64,000 bases of DNA. Origin: an uncultured bacterium (lineage in GTDB: Bacteria > Zixibacteria > MSB-5A5 > GN15 > FEB-12). The notes under the pieces are model-generated. The model made no database searches, was not told the DNA's origin, and saw only the letters and a program-made list of their open reading frames with translations. Below, piece by piece: positions 38,460 to 48,993 of the stretch. The first letter of the stretch is position 1. The number at the start of each line of letters is the position of its first letter. A program made the translations under genes and the position numbers. Location: positions 1 through 64,000 of the forward strand of contig CBDVDR010000005.1 in assembly GCA_965372795.1 (NCBI GenBank), in the 5' to 3' direction.

Positions 38460-39512
38460 TTATTTTTTGGCTGCTCTGATTAAGACCCCTAATTTTGTAC
38501 CTTGAATATTTTTAATTTTTTTGGGAATATCTACATAATAAGATTCAACATTTAATGCAATTTGTTGTGATTTATTGTCTAAATTCATTTTTTGATAGCA
38601 CTCATAAATATTATGGTCGCACTCTATTAAATTAAAATAATTGCCCGGGTCCTTAATGAGTTTCTCTCTGATTATCTTATAATTTTTCAAAGCCAATGAC
38701 CAATTGTTATTCCCCTGATACGCTTCAGCCAAAGGCCATCGGAATAGTTTTCCATCCGGAAAAATCTTCAATAATTTATTACAGGCAATAATAACCGAAT
38801 CGAATTTTTTGGAATCAAGCCAGACCCAGATCAAACCGTTTAATGATGCTTCTTTAGAAATCAGCGATGAGTCAGTGGCAAGGCGCAATTCGGCGATTCC
38901 TCTTTTTTTATCATTTTTAAAAAATCCTAATTTTCTTAAAATTCCTGCTTTGGCAGATTTCCAATAATGGAATCCGCCTAAGCCCATATATAAATCGTAT
39001 AAATCCCCCTTCAAATTTAATCCAGTCTCATATTGATTCTTGGCATTATAAGCCTGCTTAATACTGCTGAATTTTGATCCGAACCGAGATTCCCATAACG
39101 AGCGATAAAGCAAAGCATGCCCTTTAAACAGATACATCCAGGCTTGAGTCTTGACAGAACCGGTGGCTATAATATTATCAGCAAGCAGGTGAACCGAATC
39201 CAAAACTGCCAAATAATGTTCATCGAATAGATTCTCTTCCCGGTCGGTCATCATACCGATCATATATGATGCTTTGAGAATATATCCTGAAGGGTCATTT
39301 AAGTTATTACTTATATATGATTGAATAAAAGAATCAGCACTGGTGAAATTATCATTAAACAGGAATTCCTGAACTTGTAAAAAGCTCTCGATTTTTTGAT
39401 CATTCATGTATTCAGCAGTTTCAGGATTCTGAGCCATAGACAATACGGGGGATAACAAACTGGTCAGACCAATTATAAGATATAAAAAAAACTTACCGGA
39501 ATTATATTTCAT
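38460..39512 (-). CDS. Secreted helical-repeat (TPR-like) hypothetical protein
   Basis: Signal peptide; DLYMGLG-x-x-x-Y and other TPR-like helices. Confidence 0.6.
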   Translation of the reverse strand: MKYNSGKFFLYLIIGLTSLLSPVLSMAQNPETAEYMNDQKIESFLQVQEFLFNDNFTSADSFIQSYISNNLNDPSGYILKASYMIGMMTDREENLFDEHYLAVLDSVHLLADNIIATGSVKTQAWMYLFKGHALLYRSLWESRFGSKFSSIKQAYNAKNQYETGLNLKGDLYDLYMGLGGFHYWKSAKAGILRKLGFFKNDKKRGIAELRLATDSSLISKEASLNGLIWVWLDSKKFDSVIIACNKLLKIFPDGKLFRWPLAEAYQGNNNWSLALKNYKIIREKLIKDPGNYFNLIECDHNIYECYQKMNLDNKSQQIALNVESYYVDIPKKIKNIQGTKLGVLIRAAKK

Positions 39513-39555
39513 TCTGGTAAGTTATCTAATTATTTTTATAATTCAATAAAATTAT

Positions 39556-40347
39556 CTAAAGAATCGAATATCCCGGTACAAAATTCAACAGTTCCACGTC
39601 GCGATCATTAGTCGCAGTTATAATTATCGCCTTTTCAGTTTGGTGGAAGACCAAACGACATCCTCGACAATGATGATCAAACATTTCGATATTATTTTGC
39701 AAGACGCTATTTTCTTTTAAATCTTCGGGGATTTCAAATTCAGAAACAGGAGCAATAAACACTGACACTTTAATCCCGTTTTCAGAATAAGTAAAGTGAG
39801 CCATCTCGACCCCCATAAGTTCTTCAAAATAACCACCGGAGAGGATAAAATTATCAACTGAGCCAGCGATAGTATAGCCGAGTTTTTCTTTTATAGTATT
39901 TATAGCAAAAAACGTTTTTTGATCGTTAAAGACTATTTTGTTATTTCCAGACACAGAAAAATGAGCCTGTTCGAAGGAATCATAGAGATTGTAATGACGT
40001 ACAAAATCCGAGGCGAAGAATGAGGCGCCGATTAAAATTACCAGCGAGGCGGCAGCCACTAAGGTCATGGCAGTCAGATTAAATCTTTTATTTTTTTTTG
40101 AAGACATCTGACAATCAATCTGGTCGAGTTCCGATAGAATATTAGATTTTAATTTATCCAGATTGCCATTTGGGTTATTAGATTTTGTTTTGGCGGTTAT
40201 AAGACTATTTATCTTCTCTTCAAGAGAAAACTTATCAAAACAGTCATGACATTTGCTTAAATGTTCTTTAACCTGTTTTTCGTCAATTTCTTTGGTTTCT
40301 TTATCAATGTAATCGTACAATAACTCTAAGGCTTCTTGACAGTTCAT
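39556..40347 (-). CDS. Zinc-binding (ZAS/zf-HC2) transmembrane anti-sigma factor
   Basis: C-x(26)-HLSKCHDC; one TM; overlaps the sigma gene stop (ATGA). Confidence 0.85.
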   Translation of the reverse strand: MNCQEALELLYDYIDKETKEIDEKQVKEHLSKCHDCFDKFSLEEKINSLITAKTKSNNPNGNLDKLKSNILSELDQIDCQMSSKKNKRFNLTAMTLVAAASLVILIGASFFASDFVRHYNLYDSFEQAHFSVSGNNKIVFNDQKTFFAINTIKEKLGYTIAGSVDNFILSGGYFEELMGVEMAHFTYSENGIKVSVFIAPVSEFEIPEDLKENSVLQNNIEMFDHHCRGCRLVFHQTEKAIIITATNDRDVELLNFVPGYSIL

Positions 40348-40934
40348 TTGCTTGTATCCCTGATGTAACCGTTTTTCACAGCATACTCATATAATTCTTT
40401 TTGTAACAATTTTCTTCCACGGTGTAAACGGGATTTCACAGTTCCTAACTGAAGATCAGCAATTTCTGCAATCTCCTGATAGGAAAAACCTTCGAGAAAG
40501 GACAATACAATTACTAAGCGGAAATCATCGGGCAAGTTTTCAATCGCCTTTTTGACATCATCATCAAATAATTTAGCAAATAATTCCTTCTCAGGGTTAT
40601 CCATTGTTACGCCGCTTGCCAATTGACCATAAAGAAAGTTATCATCGATTTCATCAACATTAACCGCCATCGGGGAACGGGACTTGGAGCGATATTCATT
40701 TATGAATATGTTGGTCATTATTTTAAATAACCACGCCCGACAGTTAGAACCCGGTTCAAACTTGTCCCAGAAACGATATGCTTTAACCAAAGCTTCCTGA
40801 ACCAGATCTTCAGCGTCCTTTTCGTTCTTAGTCATCCTAAGAGCAGTTCGGTACAGAGCGTCCATATGAGGTAAAGCCTCTTTTTCAAACGCCCTCCGCT
40901 TGTTCTGAATCGTTCCTTTTCCGATAGCCATCAT
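40344..40934 (-). CDS. ECF sigma factor, SigR/SigH-like
   Basis: ALPHMDALYRTALRMT, AEDLVQE, AWLFKIMTN, GTVKSRLHRGR. Confidence 0.92.
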   Translation of the reverse strand: MMAIGKGTIQNKRRAFEKEALPHMDALYRTALRMTKNEKDAEDLVQEALVKAYRFWDKFEPGSNCRAWLFKIMTNIFINEYRSKSRSPMAVNVDEIDDNFLYGQLASGVTMDNPEKELFAKLFDDDVKKAIENLPDDFRLVIVLSFLEGFSYQEIAEIADLQLGTVKSRLHRGRKLLQKELYEYAVKNGYIRDTSK

Positions 40935-40988
40935 TTAATGGTTCCAATCAAACTTGCAAAATCGGCTAATCGGTCATTCAATAATTTC

Positions 40989-41014
40989 AACATATCCAAA
41001 GCTCCAGAAGTTCC
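40989..41014 (-). promoter_or_regulatory. SigR/SigH-type autoregulatory promoter
   Basis: GGAAC-N18-GTT, about 55 bp upstream of the sigma gene. Confidence 0.65.
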
Positions 41015-41212
41015 CTTAAAGGCAAATTTGTGCAATATCTACCATTTATTATTGGTGATAAGTTGATTTATACCAATACTTTGTGTAAACACCCTTAAAT
41101 CAAGATAACCAATCACAGAATACATATCAAGGATTAAACCAACCATAGTTTTCATTATTTGATATTTGATTAATAGATTGAATTGCGATAAGTCTGAATT
41201 AGTCTATTACAA

Positions 41213-43420
41213 TTAGCCGATTATTTTCAATTTGGCAAATTTTGCCATAATTTTTTTCAAACCGATTCCGGTGAACAAAATCTCTAATCGTAATGATTCC
41301 CCAAACCCTTCAACCTTAATAATTTTACCGCGACCAAAGGAGGGATGCATTACTATTCGACCAACCCGCATAATCTCTTCTTCTTCATAATCATAATGAA
41401 TACCCTGAGGAACTGGTTCAGGTTTAGGCTTTCTTTGTTTATTTCCGAATAAAGAAGATTGATTTGGTTGACCGGAATATTCATAATGCCGGTGGGTTCG
41501 AAGATCTTTTCTTTCGAGAAGTTCTTTTGAAATTTCTTTTAAAAATCTCGAGGGCATAGATTCTACTTCACCAAAACGGTATCTTGAGGTTGCGCTCGAT
41601 ATTGATAATTTTTTCCTTGCCCGGGTTGCTCCGACATAAAACAGTCGCCGTTCTTCTTCAATTCCCATAGGGTCATTGATAGCATTACCAAGAGGAAAGA
41701 GACCTTCTTCTAACCCAACCAGATAAATTGAGTCATATTCAAGACCTTTTGCCGAGTGAATCGTCATCATTGAGATTTTATCCTCGATCTCGCGGTAGGA
41801 ATCCATATCGGTAAACAGCGAAATTTCGGCAAGGTAATCAGCCAGAGTCGAGTGGTGGTTTTGCCGGGCGTATTCCGCCATACCTTCGATAAAGGCTTCA
41901 ATGTTTTCAATTCGGGTTTGACCTTGAACTTCATCCTCTTCTTTGAGATAATCAAACAATTTGATCTCATCAATCAGTTCTCCGGCAAGCAGATCAATCG
42001 GGGTGCCTTCTTGCTGGAAACGGAATTTTATGATTACATCTCCAAATTGACGAAGTTTCCCTGATCGTGCCGCCAACATTGGATACTCATCAATATGTTC
42101 AACCACATCGAGAAAAGAGATTGAGTTTAATCGTGCTGTTTCAGAAATCGTTTCGATAGTTTTTTGACCAATACCCCGTTTAGGGTAATTAACAACTCTT
42201 TGAAATGAGATATCATCTTTATTGTTAATTATCAATTTGAGATATGCCATTAAATCTTTGATCTCTTTACGCTGATAGAACGAAATTCCGCCAAAAATCT
42301 GATACGGGATATTGTTAATCCTGAGTTGTTCTTCAAAAGGTCGTGATTGGGCGTTAGTGCGATACAGGATGGCTGCATCTTTAAATCTTATTCCGAAATC
42401 ACTATTTTTTTGTAAAGACTTAATAACCTGAACCGCCTCTTCGGCAGCATTGTCAACCAACAAAAGATCAATTTTATCGCCGCCTTCAATATCAGTCCAT
42501 AGGGTTTTCTCTTTGCGGACTTCATTGTTTTTAATAACCGATGAAGCTGCTTTGAGGATAACATTGGTAGAGCGATAGTTTTGTTCAAGTTTTATAATTT
42601 TGGCGCCGGGGTAATCTTTTTCAAATTCTAAAATATTTCTTATGTCAGCACCGCGCCATCCATAAATTGCCTGGTCTTCATCGCCCACCACGCACAGATT
42701 ATTATGGTCACCGAGCAGATATTTCAGCATCAGATACTGGACATGGTTGGTATCCTGATATTCATCCACCATAAGATATTTGAATCTGTTCCGGTAGCGT
42801 TCGCCAACCTCGGGGTGATTTTTTAAAAGCGATACTGAATTAAATAGCAGATCATCAAAATCCATAGCGTTACATTCTTTTAATCGGCTTTGGTACATTT
42901 TATAAATTTCAGAAGTAGTGGTTTCGAAATAGCCACTTGCCGATTCTTCAAAAGTTCGCGAGTCAATCATCTGGTTTTTTGAATTTGAAATTTTTCGAAG
43001 TTGGGCGCGGGGAGTGAATTGGCTTCCGGAAAGCTTTAAATCGCGAATACAATTTTTAACTAAGGTTTTAGAATCATCAGCATCAAAAATTGTAAAATTT
43101 GTATCATATCCAATATGCACGCCCTCCTGCCTCAAGAATCGGGCGCAAAATGAATGGAAAGTACTTACATTCAGATTTTGAATATCCCCACCGAGAATCT
43201 GCGAGACTCTTTCTTTCATTTCACCGGCGGCTTTATTGGTAAAGGTAACAGCTAAGACCTGATACGGCAGGGCTAATTGTTCGGTAATGATGTATGAAAT
43301 TCTTCTTGTCAGCACCCGTGTTTTACCGGAGCCAGCCCCGGCAATAATCAAGAGTGGTCCCTCGGTGGTTTGCACAGCTTCGCGCTGGGCATCGTTCATG
43401 TCTTTTAGCAGTCTACTCAT
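41213..43420 (-). CDS. pcrA: ATP-dependent DNA helicase PcrA/UvrD
   Basis: AGAGSGKT, TFTNKAA, DEYQDTN, QNYRS, TIHSAKGLE, EERRLFYV; C-terminal tudor-like HPSFG. Confidence 0.93.
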   Translation of the reverse strand: MSRLLKDMNDAQREAVQTTEGPLLIIAGAGSGKTRVLTRRISYIITEQLALPYQVLAVTFTNKAAGEMKERVSQILGGDIQNLNVSTFHSFCARFLRQEGVHIGYDTNFTIFDADDSKTLVKNCIRDLKLSGSQFTPRAQLRKISNSKNQMIDSRTFEESASGYFETTTSEIYKMYQSRLKECNAMDFDDLLFNSVSLLKNHPEVGERYRNRFKYLMVDEYQDTNHVQYLMLKYLLGDHNNLCVVGDEDQAIYGWRGADIRNILEFEKDYPGAKIIKLEQNYRSTNVILKAASSVIKNNEVRKEKTLWTDIEGGDKIDLLLVDNAAEEAVQVIKSLQKNSDFGIRFKDAAILYRTNAQSRPFEEQLRINNIPYQIFGGISFYQRKEIKDLMAYLKLIINNKDDISFQRVVNYPKRGIGQKTIETISETARLNSISFLDVVEHIDEYPMLAARSGKLRQFGDVIIKFRFQQEGTPIDLLAGELIDEIKLFDYLKEEDEVQGQTRIENIEAFIEGMAEYARQNHHSTLADYLAEISLFTDMDSYREIEDKISMMTIHSAKGLEYDSIYLVGLEEGLFPLGNAINDPMGIEEERRLFYVGATRARKKLSISSATSRYRFGEVESMPSRFLKEISKELLERKDLRTHRHYEYSGQPNQSSLFGNKQRKPKPEPVPQGIHYDYEEEEIMRVGRIVMHPSFGRGKIIKVEGFGESLRLEILFTGIGLKKIMAKFAKLKIIG

Positions 43421-43488
43421 AATGATTCAACGAATATATAAACTCTCAATGGTATAGCAATAATATAATGGAAATTATAGACAAATAA

Positions 43489-43518
43489 AAAAGCGTGATC
43501 AATTTTGACCACGCTTTT
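43489..43518 (-). terminator. rpmA intrinsic terminator
   Basis: AAAAGCGTG...CACGCTTTT stem. Confidence 0.7.
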
Positions 43519-43539
43519 GAAACTTATTAAACCGAGTAA

Positions 43540-43797
43540 TTAAGCTTGAGGATATACCGAAACTTTTTTACCAGTTTTTCCAACCCGTTCAAAAGTAACA
43601 ACACCGTCAACCTTGGCAAAAAGAGTGTAGTCTTTTCCGAGACCAACATTTTTACCCGGTTTGATCGGAGTGCCTAATTGACGAGCAATGATGGAACCGG
43701 CAGGTACTAACTGACCGCCGTAAACTTTGGTTCCTCTTCGTTGACCGTTCGAATCCCGGCCGTTCTTTGAGGATCCAACACCTTTCTTATGTGCCAT
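43540..43797 (-). CDS. rpmA: 50S ribosomal protein L27
   Basis: [31 protein letters not shown]. Confidence 0.97.
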   Translation of the reverse strand: MAHKKGVGSSKNGRDSNGQRRGTKVYGGQLVPAGSIIARQLGTPIKPGKNVGLGKDYTLFAKVDGVVTFERVGKTGKKVSVYPQA

Positions 43798-44055
43798 CTA
43801 AAACCTCTATTTCTAAATTATTTTTTTTCAATTTAATACAGCTTGCCAGGCAAGCATCTTATAGTTATCGTCAGAATCTATTCCGACAAAAGTCTCTAAT
43901 AATAATTATTTCCCTCAAAAAACGCAAGCGATTTCTTAAATGCCTTAGTCACTTAGCCTTAAGCGTCAACCTGCGAGTTCCTCTTATATGTTTTTACTCA
44001 AAAAATGATATTGTTTATTTAATAGATAATAAAATGGAATATCCTTCCCATAAAA

Positions 44056-44081
44056 AAAGCGGCTGAAAATTCAGCTGCTTT
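44056..44081 (-). terminator. clpC intrinsic terminator
   Basis: AAGCGGCTGAA/TTCAGCTGCTT stem with a U-run on the minus strand. Confidence 0.7.
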
Positions 44082-44104
44082 CATTTTATGATAAAGAATG
44101 AAGT

Positions 44105-46552
44105 TTAGAGGACTTCTTCTTTTTTCGTCTTTTTGCCATTGAAGTTAAAAACAAGTTTTTCATCAACAACATCAATTAATAAATCACAATCTCCGGCGTG
44201 CTGTCCTCGAAGAATTTCTTCGGCAAGAGGATCTTCAAGGTAAGTTTGAAGAGCTCTCTTAAGCGGACGAGCGCCATATTGCGGATCGTATCCTTTATCA
44301 ATAAGGAATTTCTTAGCATTATCTGTCAGGACAAAACTGATTCCTTTGTCTGCTAACCGTTCGGCAATTTCTTCAACCAGAATTTCGATTATCACAGAAA
44401 TGTTTTCACGAGACAACTGACGGAAGACAATGGTCTGATCAATACGATTAAGAAGTTCCGGGTTGAACAGTTTTTTCAATTCATCAAGAATCATCTTCTT
44501 CATATTATCAAACGAATTCTCGACTTCTTCGGCGCCAAAACCAACTGTTTTCTGATCCTGCAGCTGTCTGGTTCCGATATTTGAAGTCATAATAACTACT
44601 GTGTTTTTGAAATCGACTTTTCGACCAAAGGAGTCAGTTAAAGAACCGTCATCAAATAATTGTAACAAAATATTAAATACATCCGGATGAGCCTTTTCGA
44701 TTTCATCAAGAAGCACAACCGAATAAGGTTTACGACGTACTTTTTCAGTCAGCTGACCGCCTTCTTCAAACCCGACATACCCCGGAGGAGCACCTATCAA
44801 GCGGGAAACAGCAAATTTCTCCATGTATTCCGACATGTCAATACGGATTAACGAATCCGGATCATCAAACATGAAGTCTGCCAATTGGCGAGCCAACTCG
44901 GTTTTACCAACACCGGTTGGTCCCAGGAACAGGAAGGCACCGATAGGGCGACGCGGGTCACCTAATCCGGCGCGTGCCCGACGAATTGTCTTAGCCAGAA
45001 TTTCAATCGGTTCGATCTGACCAACAATTTTCTTCTGCAGAGTTTCTTCCATTCGAAGTAAACGATTAGTTTCATTTTCTTCCATACGGAATAGAGGAAT
45101 ACCGGTCATCTTCGCCAGTACAACAGCTACATCTTCACCAGTTAGAACAATTTTCTCTTCTTCACGGGCTTCTTCCCATTGTTTTTGAAGATTAGCTAAC
45201 TTCTCTTTTTTCATTTTAATATCATCACGAAGCTGAGCTGCAGTTTCAAAAGCCTGGTTCTTGACCGCTTTTTCTTTATTTTTCTGAAGCTCAACCAGTT
45301 CGGTTTCGATTTCACTAAATTCAGCCGGGCGAGTGTAACTTGCCAGATGAGCTCTTGATCCGGCTTCATCAATCAGATCAATTGATTTATCCGGTTGAAA
45401 TTTACCGGAGACATAACGGTTAGTAAATTTAACCGCCTGCTCAATGGCTTCATCGGAAATAACTATTTTGTGATGTTCTTCATATTTAATACGAAGACCC
45501 TTGAGGATTTCAATAGTATCCTTCTCTGACGGCGGTTCAACCATTACAGTTTGGAATCTTCTTTCCAGCGCGCCATCTTTTTCGATGAATTTGCGATATT
45601 CATTCAGAGTCGTTGCACCGATACAGCGCAGTTCACCTCGCGCCAGCGACGGTTTGAAAATATTGGATGCATCCAATGAACCTTCGGCACCGCCGGCACC
45701 AACGATTGTATGTAATTCATCAATAAAAATAATAACATCGTTGGCATTGATAATTTCATTCATCACCGCTTTAAGTCGTTCTTCAAACTGACCGCGATAT
45801 TTTGTTCCGGCGACAAGTGACGCCATATCAAGGGTGACCACTCTTTTATTTTCCAGAGTTTGTGGCACTTGATTGCTGACAATACGCTGAGCCAGACCTT
45901 CTGCTATAGCAGTTTTACCCACTCCTGGTTCACCGATAAGAACCGGATTATTTTTCTTACGCCGCGACAAAATCTGAGCCACGCGCTGGATTTCATCCTG
46001 TCGTCCGATAATCGGGTCAAGTTTCCCGCGACGGGCAAGTTCGGTTAAATCGCGACCGAAATGGTCAAGGGCCGGTGTTTTTGATTTTTTGCGTTTCTTT
46101 TTGAAGGATGACGGTTTTCCATTATGGATATTTTTCAACTCTTCATAAGCTTCTTTATAATCTATCTCGTAAGTAGATAAAACCTGAGCCGCAACTCCTT
46201 CTTCATCTTTTAATAATGCTAAAAGAATATGTTCAATATCAATATCCTGCGACTTTAAAGCCCGGGCTTCCTGTCCGGAAACTTCCAGAGTCTTTTTAGC
46301 TCTGGCTGTTAAAGGAAGTTGTCCCATTGTCATGGTTCCACCGGATGGCTGAACGACTTCTTCAATCGATGCCTTGAGATCACTAAGCTCAAGACCAAGA
46401 TTCTGAAGGATTTCAACTCCGCGTCCTTCGCCGAGTTTGATCAATCCTAACAGGAGATGTTCTGTTCCGATGTAATCATGTTTTAAGCGAGCGGCTTCAT
46501 CTCGAGCGAACTCGATAGCTTTCCTTGCGCTCTCTGTAAACATCTCATTCAT
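44105..46552 (-). CDS. clpC: ATP-dependent Clp protease ATP-binding subunit ClpC
   Basis: Two Clp-N repeats, two Walker A motifs ([16 protein letters not shown]), UVR M-domain, VGF ClpP-docking loop. Confidence 0.95.
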   Translation of the reverse strand: MNEMFTESARKAIEFARDEAARLKHDYIGTEHLLLGLIKLGEGRGVEILQNLGLELSDLKASIEEVVQPSGGTMTMGQLPLTARAKKTLEVSGQEARALKSQDIDIEHILLALLKDEEGVAAQVLSTYEIDYKEAYEELKNIHNGKPSSFKKKRKKSKTPALDHFGRDLTELARRGKLDPIIGRQDEIQRVAQILSRRKKNNPVLIGEPGVGKTAIAEGLAQRIVSNQVPQTLENKRVVTLDMASLVAGTKYRGQFEERLKAVMNEIINANDVIIFIDELHTIVGAGGAEGSLDASNIFKPSLARGELRCIGATTLNEYRKFIEKDGALERRFQTVMVEPPSEKDTIEILKGLRIKYEEHHKIVISDEAIEQAVKFTNRYVSGKFQPDKSIDLIDEAGSRAHLASYTRPAEFSEIETELVELQKNKEKAVKNQAFETAAQLRDDIKMKKEKLANLQKQWEEAREEEKIVLTGEDVAVVLAKMTGIPLFRMEENETNRLLRMEETLQKKIVGQIEPIEILAKTIRRARAGLGDPRRPIGAFLFLGPTGVGKTELARQLADFMFDDPDSLIRIDMSEYMEKFAVSRLIGAPPGYVGFEEGGQLTEKVRRKPYSVVLLDEIEKAHPDVFNILLQLFDDGSLTDSFGRKVDFKNTVVIMTSNIGTRQLQDQKTVGFGAEEVENSFDNMKKMILDELKKLFNPELLNRIDQTIVFRQLSRENISVIIEILVEEIAERLADKGISFVLTDNAKKFLIDKGYDPQYGARPLKRALQTYLEDPLAEEILRGQHAGDCDLLIDVVDEKLVFNFNGKKTKKEEVL

Positions 46553-46615
46553 GATGTTTCACCCTTCCATTTATAATTAAAATATTTTATCACTCAATTT
46601 TATACAAGCAGTTTT

Positions 46616-47680
46616 TTACTGCTTAATTTCTCGTAATTTTTCTCTAACCATCTGTGCTCTTACAAAATCTCTGCGATTATGATCCATTTCATGGCCATAA
46701 AACTTTTGAAGATGTGCCGGTTGTGAGAATAACAGGATTTCATTGATCAGAGCAGTATCAAGGGATTCAATGATTTTCATAGCATGTCCCATACGGACAG
46801 CAGATAAAAGATTCATGACCTCTTCAGAGGTAAGGACACGGGCATTTTTCAATATTCCATAAGCCCGCCATATTTTATCTTCAACCATGTCAGCCGCTTC
46901 GCTGATAAGTCGGTCTCTGGCAGTAGCTTCCCGCTCAATTATTTCTCTTGTAATAAGCGTTAGCTGATTTAAAATTTCTTCTTCTGTGATGCCTAATGTA
47001 TTCTGGTTGGAAATCTGGAATAAATTACCAAGCACATCAGACCCTTCCCCATAAAAACCTCTTACAACTAATCCGCTGCGAGTAATATGGGAAATAACAT
47101 TTTCTATATTACGAGTTAAAACCAAGCCCGGAAGATGAATTAAAACCGAAGCTCTCATTCCGGTACCGGCATTGGTTGGACAAGCAGTCAAAAATCCAAA
47201 ATCATTATCATAGCAATATTCAAGGTAGTGGCTAATCTCTTTATCGTAAACAGATGCTTGTTGGAAAGCGCCTTCGGGATCCAAACCCGGTTTTAGAGCT
47301 TGTATCCGCAGATGGTCTTCTTCATTAACCATTATCGATACATTCTCTCCCTTGTCGATATATAATGACTTGGTGAATTCTCCATTCAAAAAAGTCGGTG
47401 AGATCAAATGACGCTCAATAAGAAAGTCGCGGTCAAGTTGATCAATATCACTTGCTTTTAAATACATCCCATCAGCGAGAAGTTTTGAACGAGCAATTGT
47501 AGAGTCTATATAATTTATAATTCTTTTTTTTGTTTCAATATCAGCTGAAGTAGGGAAATGACATCCGGCAACATTTCTTGCCAGACGTACTCTGGTTGAG
47601 AGAACGACTAAAGCTTCTTCGCCCTTACCAGATAACCATGTAGCAGAGTTCTTAGACATATTTTCAAACATAGTACCCAC
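46616..47680 (-). CDS. mcsB: Protein arginine kinase McsB
   Basis: STRVRLARN, NEEDHLR, TACPTN-x-GTG, RGFYGEG, QISNQ. Confidence 0.93.
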   Translation of the reverse strand: MGTMFENMSKNSATWLSGKGEEALVVLSTRVRLARNVAGCHFPTSADIETKKRIINYIDSTIARSKLLADGMYLKASDIDQLDRDFLIERHLISPTFLNGEFTKSLYIDKGENVSIMVNEEDHLRIQALKPGLDPEGAFQQASVYDKEISHYLEYCYDNDFGFLTACPTNAGTGMRASVLIHLPGLVLTRNIENVISHITRSGLVVRGFYGEGSDVLGNLFQISNQNTLGITEEEILNQLTLITREIIEREATARDRLISEAADMVEDKIWRAYGILKNARVLTSEEVMNLLSAVRMGHAMKIIESLDTALINEILLFSQPAHLQKFYGHEMDHNRRDFVRAQMVREKLREIKQ

Positions 47681-48232
47681 TTATCCCCCACTTTCCATCG
47701 TCATAGAATTTCGTAACGATTTCAGCTTGTCTCTAACTTCTGCGGCTCTTTCGAAATCTTCTGTTTCAATAGCCTTGCTTAGTTCAGTTTCCAACCGTTC
47801 TTCTTCCTGTATAGGCATCGAAGTTGGTGTATTGACACCGTTCTTATCAATAATTTCCGGAGTCGTCCCCCGATGAAGAGAAGAACCATGAATTTTCCGC
47901 ATGATCATCTCCAAATTAGGACGAAAAGCTTCATAACACTTTCCACACCCAAACCGTCCCTGACGCGTAAATTCTTCGTAGGATAATCCGCACTCGGAGC
48001 AATTTATTGATTTTTGATCGGGACCCGAGTTTACAGTATTCTTAATGTTTTCAGACATCCCAGTAAGAATTTCCGCTAATGGAAAAGGCATGTTGTCCAA
48101 AGGTGAATGAAAGCCTCTTGCCGAAGCACATTCTTTACACAAGGACAAAGACCGTTTATCATTGTTAGCGATCTGGGTCAAATGAACATGTGCTTCTCTT
48201 TTTTTGCAATCCTGACAAAGCATAATTTTCAC
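47681..48232 (-). CDS. mcsA: McsA, UvrB/UvrC-motif activator of McsB
   Basis: Four CxxC motifs; EDFERAAEVRD UVR motif. Confidence 0.9.
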   Translation of the reverse strand: MKIMLCQDCKKREAHVHLTQIANNDKRSLSLCKECASARGFHSPLDNMPFPLAEILTGMSENIKNTVNSGPDQKSINCSECGLSYEEFTRQGRFGCGKCYEAFRPNLEMIMRKIHGSSLHRGTTPEIIDKNGVNTPTSMPIQEEERLETELSKAIETEDFERAAEVRDKLKSLRNSMTMESGG

Positions 48233-48238
48233 CTATCG

Positions 48239-48922
48239 TTAATTATTAATAACTCCATCACATAAGACCAACTCTCTATCACAGCTGGCAGCCAACTCAC
48301 GATTATGAGTTGCAATTAAAAATGATGTGTTTTTTTCATCATTTAATTTCAAGAGCAAATCATGTAATTTTGAGCCGGTTTTAATATCCAAATTTCCAGA
48401 AGGTTCATCCGCCAGAACAATATCCGGTTCATTTGCCAGCGCTCGGGCAACAGCGATTCTTTGCTGTTCACCTCCGGAAAGCTGACCGGGTAGATGACTC
48501 TTCCTATCTATTAAACCCACTTTCTCTAGCAAGAGTTCCGCTTTCTCTTGAGCAGTTTTCTGGGACTTACCACTGACAAGAATTGGCATCATAACATTTT
48601 CAAGAGCGTTAAAGTCTTCAAATAGATAGTGTTGCTGGAAAACGAATCCAATTTTCTTGTTTCGGAGTTTGGCTAATTCTTCCTGAGTTTTTTTTAAGAT
48701 ACTTTCACCCCCAAAAAGAATGTCACCTTTTGTCGGTTTATCCAACCCCCCTAAAATATATAGTAAAGTTGATTTTCCAACTCCCGATTCACCAGTCACC
48801 GCTGTCATTTCGCCACTTTTAAAGCTCAAGTTGATCCCTTTCAAAACCGAAATTATCCCTTCCGGCGTTGAAAATTCTCTTGTTACATTCACAGCCGATA
48901 GAATTTCTTCGACTTTATCCAT
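48239..48922 (-). CDS. lolD: Lipoprotein-releasing ABC transporter ATPase
   Basis: GESGVGKST, LSGGEQQR, ADEPSGNLD, ATHN; adjacent to lolC/E. Confidence 0.88.
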   Translation of the reverse strand: MDKVEEILSAVNVTREFSTPEGIISVLKGINLSFKSGEMTAVTGESGVGKSTLLYILGGLDKPTKGDILFGGESILKKTQEELAKLRNKKIGFVFQQHYLFEDFNALENVMMPILVSGKSQKTAQEKAELLLEKVGLIDRKSHLPGQLSGGEQQRIAVARALANEPDIVLADEPSGNLDIKTGSKLHDLLLKLNDEKNTSFLIATHNRELAASCDRELVLCDGVINN

Positions 48923-48993
48923 TCAAAAAACCCTCATTGATGAGGTTACTGTTATAATCGTCATTTTCCTCAATAACTGGAGTTTTTTCCGCA

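Noticed and set aside
43767..44066. 99-aa ORF as a possible rplU
   Set aside because: Wrong strand and no L21 similarity; it spans the promoter/terminator region.
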